NCBI RefSeq assembly: GCF_001194135.2
Contig: NC_068982.1
Location: 28,355,662-28,404,144 of the forward strand
Length of the DNA: 48,483 bases
Direction: 5' to 3'
Origin: Octopus bimaculoides
Lineage: Eukaryota
Every line of letters starts with the position of its first letter. The stretch's first letter is position 1. The notes beneath the pieces were generated by a model that searched no databases, was not told where the DNA came from, and was given only the letters and a program-made list of their open reading frames with translations. A program made the position numbers and the translations under genes. Below, in pieces: positions 24,010-37,029 of the stretch.

Positions 24010-25121
24010 TGTAAAGAAAGCCGTCTCGTGTGAATTATGCTATATACTACGTCGAAATTACGGTATGTTTCCTTTTATAATGAAGAGCTACTTATTGACG
24101 TTACTTGAAATACTGAAGCGGATTACAAAGAATATAATGCAGAGAATATACACTAGCCGAGCTGACTTCCACTGTTCCTCTTAACAATAGATATTTTACT
24201 GAATCTAGAACCAGGCAGCTTTAAGCAACATCTTCACATTACTGTTATGGTGTTAGATATATTAAGAGGGAATGACAACTAGGTCCACACGGTGTTAAAC
24301 TAATTGCCGAATTAATGACGAGCTTTGAGTTGTATCTCCAGCCACAGTATATTTCTGGCGAAGAAACTAAAGTCTCAACGGGTCGTACATATATACCATA
24401 TAGTGCGTAGTTCATTGTTATATAAACTGCGGACTTGACTGACGAGCAAAATCTACAGAAACATACTCAAATTTCATGGACGTCAATCTTAAATCTCTTT
24501 GCTAACTTCATGGCTCGGATTTCGATTTGGGACTTATACAAGATGAATTACAACTTCACAACAATAGCTCTATATTAAACTATATCTAAAGGAGATTTGA
24601 TGCTAGAATTGTGGGGCATTGAAACACACTTAACTTCTCTGTTACTGCATGGTATAAACTTCTGGAGTACGAAAGTTAAACTATACACAAATGTGAAAGG
24701 AAATCAACATTATGTAATCCCTACCAAGATTTTATAAAATATATGTTAATCTAATCTAACGTCGATGAAGTTTTTACTGAATTATTAAAACAGTACGAAA
24801 TTTGGATGCATAAATTTTCACATAGATATGATTATAAAAGAGAATAATTTACCTTGAATGATGTATTGCATTACCTGGTTCCGTTTGTTTCTGGAGACTA
24901 ATGCAGATAACATTAGACGGAGATGGCTTTTCAAAAATTTCGTTCGTGTGATATTTAGAGACCATATTGAATTCTCTTTTTTGAATCTAACTCTATGACC
25001 TTATATGTTTATCTGGTCTGTGGAGGCTTAACAAACAGAGTTTCAGTAGGGGGAAAAAAACGATAAATGAAGAGATGTAAGAGTTGAAGACGGAGAGACA
25101 ACAAAGGTGTGTGAAAGAAAA

Positions 25122-25126
<5 letters not shown>

Positions 25127-25201
<75 letters not shown>
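25127..25201. repeat. (GA)n microsatellite
   Basis: Direct reading. Confidence 0.95.
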
Positions 25202-25205
<4 letters not shown>

Positions 25206-25781
25206 AAGAGGGAGAGGGAAAGACAGAGGGGGACAGAGAGGGAAGAAGAGAGTGACAGAAAGAAAGAAAATAGAGAGAGAACCAATAAATCTCAGTCTAT
25301 TCTCTCTTACCCTGTAATTACATACACATATAAACCTATCTATATCTATGTATTTCTTTATGTGTATGTGCGTTTGCATATAATATATATATATTTATAT
25401 ATGTGTGTGTTTGTGTGTGTGTTCGTGTGTGTGTATGTGTGAGTGTGTTTGTGTGTGTATTTGTGTATCTGTGTGTGTGTGTGTGTGTAGATGTGATGCA
25501 GCAGTGTTTATACATTTGTGTGCACGTGTTTTGACATACACATAAAAGTACGCAGGTGTGTATGTTTGTGCGTATGTTTTCTTATAGAAACAAACATATT
25601 GGTTTGCAAATATACATAGACAACCCCTTTCCTCCACCACACGGAGACCTAAAACGCTAATAAATAACATTAAACATGTCCGAGTACAAAAGTATTTGAA
25701 TAATTAGTTAACAACGACAGATATTTAGTTAATAACAAAGAAAAAACACTTAAATGGGCTACGTATGTCTGTGTGTGTTTG

Positions 25782-25987
25782 CTGGCACTCCGTCGGTTAC
25801 GATGACGAGCGTTCCAGCCAGTTGATCCAATCAACAGAACAGCCTGCTCGTGAAATTAACGTGTAAGTGGCTTAGCACCACACCGATAAGCGTACTCTTA
25901 ACGTAGTTCACAGGGAGATTTTGTGCGATACAGAACGTGACAAGGCCGGCCCATTGAAATACTGGTGCTACTCACTTTTTTCCAGCT
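25782..25987 (-). mobile_element. 5'-truncated SINE family B fragment
   Basis: ggcactccgtcggttacga...cagcctgctcgtgaaattaacgtg...acgtagtt...gacaaggc matches the 3' halves of 12624-13058 and 32663-33046. Confidence 0.8.
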
Positions 25988-26124
25988 TGTTCGAATATTT
26001 TTAATCCGTCCATGCCATCCATCTCAGTGTATTCGTTGAGACAGGTCTTTGAGGAGGCATCCAATATCTCTGCTGAGTTGATATACATACGCTGTGTTCG
26101 AACGACCTGCACGAGTACGGCCAT
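25976..26124 (-). CDS. Candidate first coding exon of the SLC16-like gene
   Basis: ATG in good context (agtATGG) at 26124; open frame MAVLVQVVRTQRMYINSAEILDASSKTCLNEYTEMDGMDGLKIFEQAGK ending AA|gtgagt, phase 2 as exon A requires. The joined protein would be 488 aa. There is no homology support and the donor overlaps a SINE fragment. Confidence 0.35.
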
Positions 26125-26627
26125 ACTTTGGCTTTTCTCTCTCTTCTCATCCAGCTTTGAATTCTGGCTACAATGACTAGCTTTACTTAATACCAATAAT
26201 TCGGGTTCACTGAATAAGTATTCGGGGAGAATACTGCCATATAAAATCACTATTATGAATATTTCTCAACTGATCTTTATAGATCTCTTATATCATAAAG
26301 TACAGTCACATTATATTATAAACTAAAGTAACATTCAATTCTACTCTCACGCTATGTCAATGTTTAAATACATAAATGTCACAATCTGGCGACACCAGTT
26401 GTTTGCCTGTTTATACCTTTATTCTATAATACATTTACTGGTTCGATTAAAACAGCTCTAAGGTCAGTCTTCATTAGGCAGCTACAACATCTTTGCTTTC
26501 TTTTAGCTACAGTTCAAGTTGGATTTTAGGCAGCAAGTTAACCTGAGCTCTAATTGTATGAACCCACTACCTTACGTCAGACATAATACTACCTATATAT
26601 ATATACATGATGAGCTAGCCTTCTCTA

Positions 26628-26650
26628 TATACATACATACATACATACAT

Positions 26651-26687
<37 letters not shown>

Positions 26688-26775
26688 AACATATATATAT
26701 ATATATATATAGACATACATACATACATACATACACACAAGAGCGTGAAAGAAGTAGACAAACAGACAGACAGAC

Positions 26776-26822
<47 letters not shown>

Positions 26823-26857
26823 CGGAGAGCTAGCTAGCTAGCTAGATAGATAGATAG
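26628..26857. repeat. Compound (CATA)n(CA)n(TA)n(GACA)n(GATA)n(GCTA)n microsatellite
   Basis: Direct reading. Confidence 0.9.
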
Positions 26858-27539
26858 TTAGGGTAGAAGTAAATAAAAACAGTGTCCAACTAAAATTGAA
26901 ATAACATAGCAACACCACTTGTAACAATAATAGAAATGAAATCTAACACTAGTTATGTTTATATGAAAACCAACAACATTTTTGCTTATGACATCAAAGA
27001 CATTAAATGGAAATCATAAAAGATTTCTAAACAGAAGAGTTATAACTTGTGATATATTTCTTGTAGCTCTGAGAAGAAGAAGAACTTATATAAGCTATTC
27101 AGGTTTCCAAAGCTTTAGGCGAGGATCAAATTAAATCTGTAGTGGTTGGGCGATGGGGTAAAGGGTTCACGGGTATAATTACCTGTTTGACAGTCGTAAG
27201 AGAATTGCCTATAAAGAGAGCCGGATTAAGTGGAGTTGATATATAGTTAGTTGGTGGTTTTCAAAACACTATTGGAGCGATAGAAGAGAGAAGGGGCAAG
27301 TAAGAGAGAGGGTGAGAGAGAGAGAGAAAAGAGAGAGAGAGTATAGTACAGAGATTAAACAGAGATCGGTGGTTAGGAAATGTTGCGGAGTGTAACTTTG
27401 ATAATGTGATGGCTTCAGTATGATTTTCTTTCAATGGTGTGTAGAAAATTTGCATCAATTCACTAATTCTGATAGGAAAGCATGATTTCTATGTAAATTT
27501 TATTTTTGTCTATTTGTATGATATCGGTTTCAAATGTTG

Positions 27540-27724
27540 ACACAAGGCCAGCAATTTTGGGGAGGAGGTATATCGATTACATCGGCCCTAGTGTTCAGTT
27601 AGTACTTATTAAAGGATGAAAGGCAAAGTCGACTCGGCGGCATTTGAATTCTGAGCGGAGAGTGTGAAGAAATGCTGCTCAGCAGTTTTTCCTGCGCGGT
27701 AACGATCCTGTCAACTCGCTGCCT
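27540..27724 (-). mobile_element. SINE family A (variant 3' end), diverged
   Basis: cacaaggccagcaattttggggagg...aaaggatgaaaggcaaagtcgac...ctcgctgcc. Confidence 0.7.
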
Positions 27725-28749
27725 TTCGTTCGTATAATATTAATACAATGAATTACAGCGGTATGAAATACTTGAGGTCGTTATGAAAAGCCATCCGATT
27801 AAAATTCACAATTTATAGGAAATGCGATAGTTTTAAATGAATATTGTGTAGAGAGATTAGCGGGTATTTTCATGAAATAGAGTCTGTAATTTCGTGTTTT
27901 TTTAAATAAAACTAGGACACCATGCGGTTTTCAAGGTCTCTTTTTCACAAAGAATGTGCAAGATTGGCGGAAGTTGCTGAAATCGTTTCTGCGTATGGAC
28001 TGTGCATAGAGTGTGAGAGAATGGTGTCATCAATCTAGACGCGCGTATCGTTAAACTCAACAGGGTGTACATCATTAATATAGAACAGAAAGTCTGGAAC
28101 AGATCATTAAGTTCTGAAATCTGTCGAAATGTTAAGATACACTTCATTAAAAAATACTCTGATGACGTTAGATCTGCTCGATTGTGTTTGTTTGGAGTAA
28201 CAAAATAGCGATGGACTGAACTGAAATGATGCTTTTTGCATATAGATCTTTTTTCTTATGCGCAAGAAATCTAGGACTACGGTATATAACGTGTTTTTGC
28301 CAAGAGGATAGAGTGTAAATATTATAAAATATATCATGGCAACGTATTCATGGTGTTTGACAAGTCTTTTCACTCTTAAAGTCACTGCGAAAGATTCTTC
28401 TGAAAAGAAAGGCTGACATTTTTTCTCCAATTCATCTGTCCAGGCTTCAGAATTTTTGTGACTTTTAGTCACTGAGATAGATACATTTTCAAGTTGTTTC
28501 ACGCGTTCAATTATTACATTTAGATTCATTTTCAATCACGTGTACCGTAGTGTTCTGCTGAAGTCCAGATTTTTAAAAATATTCTTTTGCGTCTTTCCCT
28601 TTCACTCTATTATCTTGTTACCGGCAAAATTGTAACCTTGCTTTAGTATGTCTTTTACTTGTCATCTTCTTGATTCTATTAAAATATTATTTACACAGAG
28701 AAACTCCACTAAATCCGAATTTTCCATTATAAATTGTGTCTGGAGAGGA

Positions 28750-29250
28750 CTTATACTTAATCTTCTAAGTTTCATAACATTCTGTATTTACTCTAACGTG
28801 TCATAGTCTGTTCCTTGTGATCTTTTTCTCTCGTTACATCCTCAAACTAAAGGATTGGCACTTTCGTGTGATTTACCAGATACGACATTTACTGTAGCTT
28901 CTATTTTTGTGCTGTTTCTTCTAAATGCTTATTCTTTATCAACACATTAAGTTGTTTCTGTTTCTCTCATTAGTCCTTCATCTTTTAACTAAGGAAAAGC
29001 TGATTGTGTCTTTCCTGTCCAAACATTCAATTCAAGCTCGCCCTGCCCGAAAACATGCTTATGTAACACTTTTCCATTTTAATTTTTAATCCTTTCCTAT
29101 TTTTTACGCTTTGTATATAAACTTTCCACGCTTACGCTATTCAATTTCAACATGACATTTAGGTCTGGGAGTGGTGCATTGAAAATTGGTCTTAGTCTCT
29201 CATCATTGATGACTTTTATAATAGCTCAAGAGCAAAGTTCCCAAGTTGAA
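28750..29250 (-). pseudogene. Heavily decayed R4/Dong-type LINE fragment (post-RT region to zinc knuckle)
   Basis: Broken minus-strand peptides VYTKRK..GKGL, KVLHKHVFGQ, KDEGLMRETETT and GKSHESANPLV.GC resemble the LY..RK.GGRGL / K.LHGQ / WL..G.L..ETE / CCHC series of this clade; many stops and shifts. Confidence 0.4.
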
Positions 29251-30559
29251 TATTCAAACAGATTTCATCGGAAGAATGAAATCTGTCCATATCAAAGTCT
29301 CTAATGTGTTACTAAGAAATAGTTTTGATTAAATTGTGCAATATTCATTCCTAATCGTCTTAACTGTTTGGAGACAGAAACTCTACATAGCATGTTCAAG
29401 CCTCTTTCTAATGTTCTAAGCTCCTGATTCTAAATTTACAATTGCATTATATCTCTTATATTGAATACATATCAGCAACCTTTTTTTCCTCAAAAGGGTT
29501 TCGTGAATGTAATGCCTATCGTACGTTATTAACAAATTGCTAATGTGTCTACCAAGGAAAGTTTTTAGAATGTCTTAGAATATCTCAGTTCTTTATTCCT
29601 AATTTTGTTTTCAGAACCAATTCTTTTAGTTTTCGACTGCTTCCTGCAATATGGTCAGGTGTTTATAATTTCCATAGTCTTTCAGTGATATTATTTTGTT
29701 GTCTGAAAGAATAACTCAGTAGAAGGATATAATTTTCCTCCCTCAACCTTTACGTTTAGGGCACATTTGTTTTTATAAAAGTTTAAAACTGGTTCCTAGT
29801 ATCTCAGACTGTTTCAAAGATTTAGACTATTCTAACATTTAGAGCAAAATTTGAGGTCACACAAGAATATTAAACGGTAATTATAATGGTCCTTAGTATT
29901 AGGATAAGGTGATATATTTGAAGTCGACATGTACTTCATTAGATCGATCCTAGTGGTTAATTGGGATTTAATCAATTGAACACGGTGAGGTCGACTCCAG
30001 TGAAGTAGATTTTAGTTCTCATTCCTCTGCAGTACATAATGTAGATAACAGTGAAATAACCGAGATAATTCTGTCAATTACTTTCCATTCTCCAAAATTT
30101 ATAGCATTTTATCAATCTTGGAAATTATTGCTATCTATCAATATGACGAAATACCAGCCTGCGCGGGCAGTTGTCGCAAGTTAGTTAAATAGCATAAAAA
30201 ACATTATCAAATATATTTTCATTCTGCACTAATTTGACACCAGTTTATTTTCACGTGCACTCGGTGTTAAACGAAAATTTAGTTCTAATATTTTGATTTA
30301 TAGACGATAAAAGGCAGAACATTCAGCAAATCAGATCACTGAATTTAAAGCGTTTAGAATATTTACAACATTCAGTTTTTCACCAATAAGCCAAACTTTT
30401 ATAAAATTGTTGTGTTAATACTTCAGTGTATGAGTAATTCTGACACTTGATACTGTAACAATTCAGCTTAGAATATTTTCTTTATTAAGGATTAAAACAA
30501 GAACTTTTCTTTTACATAAGCTTTTTTTTTTACATACAGTTCTTTTTTTTTCCATGCTT

Positions 30560-31260
30560 TTTTACGTATATTCTGTGCATATATTTTTCTTACATATGTT
30601 TTACAAATTTACTAATCTTGCATTTCTGTCATGGAGTATCATATTTATATTCCAGCTGCAGTAAGTAACCATTCCTGTTGACCATTTGCCTTGATATATT
30701 TCTTTAATAGCAAGGATATCTCGGTGAAATATTTCAAATTTGTTTGTCAGTTCCATAAACAAGCTTTCTTTATAAGAATGGCAACTGAAAATGCATAAAG
30801 TGAACATTTAAAAATATGTAGTTCAAGATAATTTTGAATCAAATACAATTTTCTCATAGATTTCTGTGCGATGTTTACTAAGAAAGCCATGATACAACTC
30901 TTTAAATGAGTCCCAGACATCTAGATCTACTATTTTTAAAACTGAGGTATCAAGTTGTCCCTAATCAGTTGATGCATTTGAGGGAAGCATTTTGGCATTA
31001 GAAAAGGTCGAGAATTTTCAACTGTTTGAGGAGGATTTACCTTAATGTGTAGTAATATAGAAAAATAGGTGGCAGTGGAGGATATTTGACATGTTTCCAT
31101 AGAATATCTAGGAGACTAGTTCTTACAAATGGTGTGTTTATTTAGAAGTTTGTGAATTCTACAGATACGAGAAAGAACAACAGTACCTCATATAAAACAG
31201 CTGTAAACATGTGAAGACATCCACAAGTGTTTCAAGTGTTTTTCAAATACCTTCAAAGAT
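30560..31260 (-). pseudogene. Fossil DDE DNA-transposase fragment, Chapaev3/CMC-like (superfamily label tentative)
   Basis: Decayed motifs RYCC, FSNAK, VWDSFKRVVS, NVHFMHFQL and FHRDILAIKEIYQGKWSTGM..YCSW match the recalled series YCCFLC.WDSR / LS.AKIKEG / AW.SFK.VV / LK.HFLHSHL / ERFHQDI...RYQG.W...M..DYCW. Confidence 0.55.
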
Positions 31261-32662
31261 ATACCATCTAGTATTGTCCAAAATTAATTAACTTTACGTT
31301 AACATACACACACACACACACGTATATATNNNNNNNNNNNNNNNNNNNNNNNNNNNNNNNNNNNNNNNNNNNNNNNNNNNNNNNNNNNNNNNNNNNNNNN
31401 NNNNNNNNNNNNNNNNNNNNNNNNNNNNNNNNNNNNNNNNNNNNNNNNNNNNNNNNNNNNNNNNNNNNNNNNNNNNNNNNNNNNNNNNNNNNNNNNNNNN
31501 NNNNNNNNNNNNNNNNNNNNNNNNNNNNNNNNNNNNNNNNNNNNNNNNNNNNNNNNNNNNNNNNNNNNNNNNNNNNNNNNNNNNNNNNNNNNNNNNNNNN
31601 NNNNNNNNNNNNNNNNNNNNNNNNNNNNNNNNNNNNNNNNNNNNNNNNNNNNNNNNNNNNNNNNNNNNNNNNNNNNNNNNNNNNNNNNNNNNNNNNNNNN
31701 NNNNNNNNNNNNNNNNNNNNNNNNNNNNNNNNNNNNNNNNNNNNNNNNNNNNNNNNNNNNNNNNNNNNNNNNNNNNNNNNNNNNNNNNNNNNNNNNNNNN
31801 NNNNNNNNNNNNNNNNNNNNNNNNNNNNNNNNNNNNNNNNNNNNNNNNNNNNNNNNNNNNNNNNNNNNNNNNNNNNNNNNNNNNNNNNNNNNNNNNNNNN
31901 NNNNNNNNNNNNNNNNNNNNNNNNNNNNNNNNNNNNNNNNNNNNNNNNNNNNNNNNNNNNNNNNNNNNNNNNNNNNNNNNNNNNNNNNNNNNNNNNNNNN
32001 NNNNNNNNNNNNNNNNNNNNNNNNNNNNNNNNNNNNNNNNNNNNNNNNNNNNNNNNNNNNNNNNNNNNNNNNNNNNNNNNNNNNNNNNNNNNNNNNNNNN
32101 NNNNNNNNNNNNNNNNNNNNNNNNNNNNNNCACACACATTTATATCAAAATCACCGACGTATATGATGCACTCTCGAATGTTCATACAGTATGGTGACAA
32201 TATACTGGAATAAATTATCAAACGTAAATGTATCATTTTATCTTCCCATTGGTGAAGAAACATTTTCTGAAAGCATTTCTTCTTTTTATTTTTAATGTGT
32301 ATGTATATATGTATGTACGTATGTATGTATGTATGTGTGTGTGTATGTATGTATGTATGTATGTATGTATGTATGTGTGTGTGTATGTATGTATGTATGT
32401 GTGTATGTATGTATGCATGCATGCATGCATGTATAAAATGTGCAGTTGTTTATATTTTGGTCGAGAGAATTGCCATACAGGATGTAGAATTCATATGTAT
32501 CTTGTTTATGTTTTGTTACCACGACCCACCACCAGTATGGAGCACCAACGGTATATGTTGCTATCCAATCATTGCAGCTGGCATGCAGTTGGAGATTTAA
32601 CATTTCTTTCCTTTTTCTAGAAGAATCTTTCATCTAAGTAATAAAGGATGTTTTCTGAAGTG

Positions 32663-33046
32663 TTGTTGGCACTCCGTCGCTTACGACGTCGAGGGTTCCA
32701 GTTGATCCAATCAACGGAACAGCCTGCTCGTGAAATTAACGTGCAAGTGGCTGAGCACTCCACAGACACGTGTACCCTTAACGTAGTTCTCGGAGATATT
32801 CAGCGTGACACAAAGTTTGACAAGGCTGGCCCTTTGAATTACAGGCACAACAGAAACAGGAAGTAAGAGTGAGAGAAAGTTGTGGTGAAAGAGTACAGCA
32901 GGGTTCGTCACCATCCCCTACCGCAACCTCGTGGAGCTTTAGGTGTTTTCGTTCAATAAACATTCACAACGCCCGGTCTGGGAATCGAAACCGTGATCCT
33001 ATGACCGCGAGTCCGCTACCTTAACCATTGGGCCATTGCGCCTCCA
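32663..33046 (-). mobile_element. Full-length SINE family B with 11-bp TSD
   Basis: tRNA-like head with A/B boxes on minus, (AAC)n tail; TSD tttctgaagtg at 32652-32662 and 33047-33057. Confidence 0.92.
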
Positions 33047-33335
33047 TTTCTGAAGTGTAAAACAGCCATTAAATAATGTAAAATATACATGAAGTATCTG
33101 TTATGAATGCTGTGGAAGAGGCTATGGTATTAGGGCTTCTTCTCAATATTTTATTATTAGTAATGATTATTGTATCTAGGGAACTTGTCTTCATCCGTTT
33201 CCCAAGGCTACAATTCTGTATTACGGATGTATTAGACACAGGAGGTTGAGGATTTTTTCTTTTGAAACATTTAAAACGGGAAACGCGTTTCATAAGCTAC
33301 ACCCTGTAAGTACGGTGCATACATGTATGCATACA

Positions 33336-33369
<34 letters not shown>

Positions 33370-33371
33370 CA

Positions 33372-35030
33372 TGCAAAGAATATGTATGAAATGGAAAAGA
33401 ACCCTGAGCTAGTTACAACATTCTCAAAGGCTGTAGGGTTTGAGTTTGGTCAGGATAAATGTTGTTATATGGTTGTAAAAGGGGGGAAATTATAAGTCAG
33501 ACTAGCAACATCTCCATCAATGATTTGACTGTTTCCCCGATATCTGATGAGGAATGTTACAGGTATATAGGGGTGGGTAAAAACATATCTTACAATGGCA
33601 CCGGTAACACAACACATATCACTAAAGAATATTACAGCCGAATAAAGAAAATTAGGACCGCAGAACTCTCTACATTCAATAAAACAGTGGCTCACAATGT
33701 ACTTGCAGTGCCAGTACTCATACCAACATTTGGGCTGCTTGATTGGACGGTTGATGAGATCCGATGTGAAAACCCGAAAAATACTGATAAGTACACTTAA
33801 TTTCCACATAAACAGTGACAAAGACAGCCTCTACCTAAAACGAAAACAAGGTGGCATAGGCTTAACACCAATCCAAAATGCCTTTGAATGTCGCATAATA
33901 CTCCTTCGGCAACATCTTTTAACCACCAAATGTCGAAGTGCATCCCTTGACCAAGTTTGCATACATGTGGTTGATAGCATCATAAGACTTGGAAGGCAGC
34001 TCCTTGAGCAACATTATTTGTCTGATAACATGGAATACATGTCCAAAGAAGTCGCATGACTCTACGGCAACGTGTCATCAGATGAAAGAATGAGCCTATA
34101 TGAGCAGAAGACTATGCATGGATATGTTAGTAGAAAGCTCCGAGATGATATTAGCATTGATCATCAAAGCAGTCTATCATGGACCAACAACCAGATAACT
34201 ATATCCCATTTTGAAGGGTATGCGCTTGCAATTCAGGAATAAGAAATATCAACAAAGTACCTGATGCACGAAAGGGTTAGAAACGCAGGAAAAGCAGTAA
34301 AATGTGACAACTAATGAAAACCTCGTATAGTTAACACCGAAGACATCACCTACATCATAAGCAGTTGTCTGAAAATGTCATCACGGTCTCATAATGAAAA
34401 GTAGTACTAGTGGAATGTCCCAGTGAAGACCTCAATAAAATGTAAGCACAATAGAAATGATTTAAGGATTTGGAATAAAAAAGAGAAGTTGTGTACAGTT
34501 GCGGTAATTAGCTGCCCAGCGGACGTTAACATAAAGCTGAAGATCAGTGAAAAAGAGAATACCTCCGCTGAGCTATTGAGAAATCTGCAGTTACTCTATC
34601 CAGATTACAAGTTCAGGTTTATACCCGTAATTATTAGGGCCCTGCTATATGTAACACGCTGCTTAAATATCATTCTTGAGAAATTAGGCTTCTGAAAACC
34701 AGAAAGGAGAGAGCTAATTCGAAGACTACAGATCCAAATCATCACTGGAACTGTAAAAATCTGTACTACTTTCTAAAAGTTTATCATTTAATTACATATG
34801 AGCATGTTAAGATCTGCAACTATTTGCATGAGAATACATATATAAAGCAAGACATACAAATCTGTACACATACATACATACATACATACATACATACATA
34901 CATACATACATACATACATACATACATACCCTGTTGTGGATGTTGAAATTCTAATGAAGGAGCTTTGGATCTAAGTTAGAAGCCGGCTATTTCTCTATTG
35001 GCAAGAAATCTTGAAAGAAAACTGAGCAAT
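33372..35030 (+). mobile_element. 5'-truncated, decayed R4/Dong-type LINE (RT C-terminus to REL) in a (CATA)n array
   Basis: AKNMYEME..LVTTFSKAVGFEFGQDKC, YRYIGV, AVPVLIPTFGLLDWTVDEI, DVKTRKIL, LYLKRKQGGIGL, EGYALAIQE, EDITYIISSC and KHNRNDLRIWNK...ISCPADVN..EKENTSAELLRNL..IPVII; frameshifts and stops. Confidence 0.88.
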
Positions 35031-35124
35031 AACATACATACATTTCATGTGCGCGCACACACACTCACACATAATTGCATGTATGTATGTATGTATGTAT
35101 GTATGTATGTATGTATGTATGTAC

Positions 35125-35162
<38 letters not shown>

Positions 35163-35174
35163 ATGTATGTATGT

Positions 35175-35894
35175 ATGTATGTATGTCTCTTTTATTTTTT
35201 AATTATTATAAATTTTCTACTGAGGAGGGAACCGGTTTCCAACAAAGATACAAGGATCCATCTTTGGGATGTAGTTAACACAGACAAATTCACATTTGGA
35301 ACTTAAGAAAAGTCGTGCATATTTTTTACTGTTCCACTCACAGATTGCCCTTGTAATGTACGAATAGCCGGTCAAATTCTCTTTCTGAAAATCCCAGTTT
35401 ATCCAGATTCTCATTTAAGCCTTTACTAACAAAACCTAGTGCTCCAATTATTATTGGTATGAATATGAATTCATAGTTTGGATACAGAAGCTGGAGGCTT
35501 CGAAGCAGTTGTCCAAAGATATCCTCTTTTTCTTTGATTTTCAAAGAGATATGTATATCTGCAGGGCAGCTAGCCTCTATGATGATACATACTTTGCCCC
35601 TCTGTCCCAAACGTCAATATCCGGTTTGTTATACTTACATTTGACAGAAGTTTTGATGGGAATATTCCACCATTATTCCTTGAGTTGGTGTTTATGAATG
35701 TATTCCAAAACAGAGGGATTTTCTAAGTTTATTTCAGGATAGTCTTTTTTGCGGATAACATTGTAAATTGTTTTAGCAACAACATCATGCTGCATAAGGA
35801 GTTAGTACCGTGACGACATTTTAGGACAGCTGCTAATCACATGCGTAATATCTTCCCCAGAAATATGACAGACTACACATGCGATTGCACCTAC
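35175..35894 (-). mobile_element. 5'-truncated R4/Dong-type LINE (CCHC to REL plus 3' UTR) in a (CATA)n array
   Basis: GEDITHVISSCP, HDVVAKTIYN, EYWWNIPIKTSVKCKYNKPDID and CIIIEASCPADIHISLKIKEKEDIFGQLLRSLQLLYPNYEFIFIPIIIGALG; (TATG)n on both plus-strand flanks. Confidence 0.88.
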
Positions 35895-37029
35895 GTATGT
35901 ATGTATGTATGTATGTATGTATGTATGTACGTATATTAATGGTATATTAAAAAGTATGATAAAGATCTACCAAGGTATTCATTTAGCTATTAGAGTGCCA
36001 TTTAAATAAGACTACTTAATGAAGAAGTTAAATAAGTAATAATTTTTTAGCCCCATGGAGCTAAACAACAGTAGCATTCGCTCCAAAAGGAGACTGCTAC
36101 ATTAGGTTGGCAAAAAATCGTTACTTAAAGTGCTGTTACTGAATATCTCTCGGTGAGAGATTTAGGAACAATAATGTTTCTATTTTAAATAATATTGTAA
36201 GGGACATAACTCATTATTTCTGTAAAAACTGTGGAGTTATATCCCTTTAAAAACGTTTATAACAATACTTGAGTGATGTAACGATAATTAACCCGATTAA
36301 TTCATGAAAATTCAGAAATAAATTTTCCTCCACTGAGATATTCACAAATATAAATTTCAATTGAAAATTGAATGATAGTTTTCTTATAAAATTTCAAATG
36401 CAGCTGTGTTGCTTTTACGAAGATACTATTCATCTATTCCGTTTTATATTTGGTTTCCAAGATTCTTGATGTTGGTTCGTGTGTTGATACATATTTTGTT
36501 GTAACATAGGAGGATCATTCTGTTAATGATATACACACGCACTGGTTCTATTTCACTTCTTTATTATTCGTGACCTCATTAATGCTCTCTCTACTCCAGG
36601 TACTGTCATAGATAAGGTCATGAATGGTGGCAAAAGGATTTTGAAAAACAAGTGATGGATTGAACGACCGAATGATTAAGCAAAATATCAATTATACAGC
36701 TAAACTATTTCCGAATAATATAAAGTGAAATAGAACCGGTGCGTGTGTTTATTATTGGCCTAATGACCCTCCTGAGGTACAACGAAAACTTTTCATGCAA
36801 TATGGCATAAAACGAATGCTGGTAAGATGATGCGACTGAAAAAAAAAAAAAAAAGGCTTTGAAAACGATTTTAACCGATTCAGTGTTCGAAGAGCTGTTT
36901 GTATTTACAATTTTAGTAAATAAATATCTTATGCTACTAGGTGGTATTTTACAACATGACAGAACATGTAGTTTAATACTAACCTGCTTATCCGACTTAA
37001 TTTGGTTTACATATGTTATTGTTTTAAGG

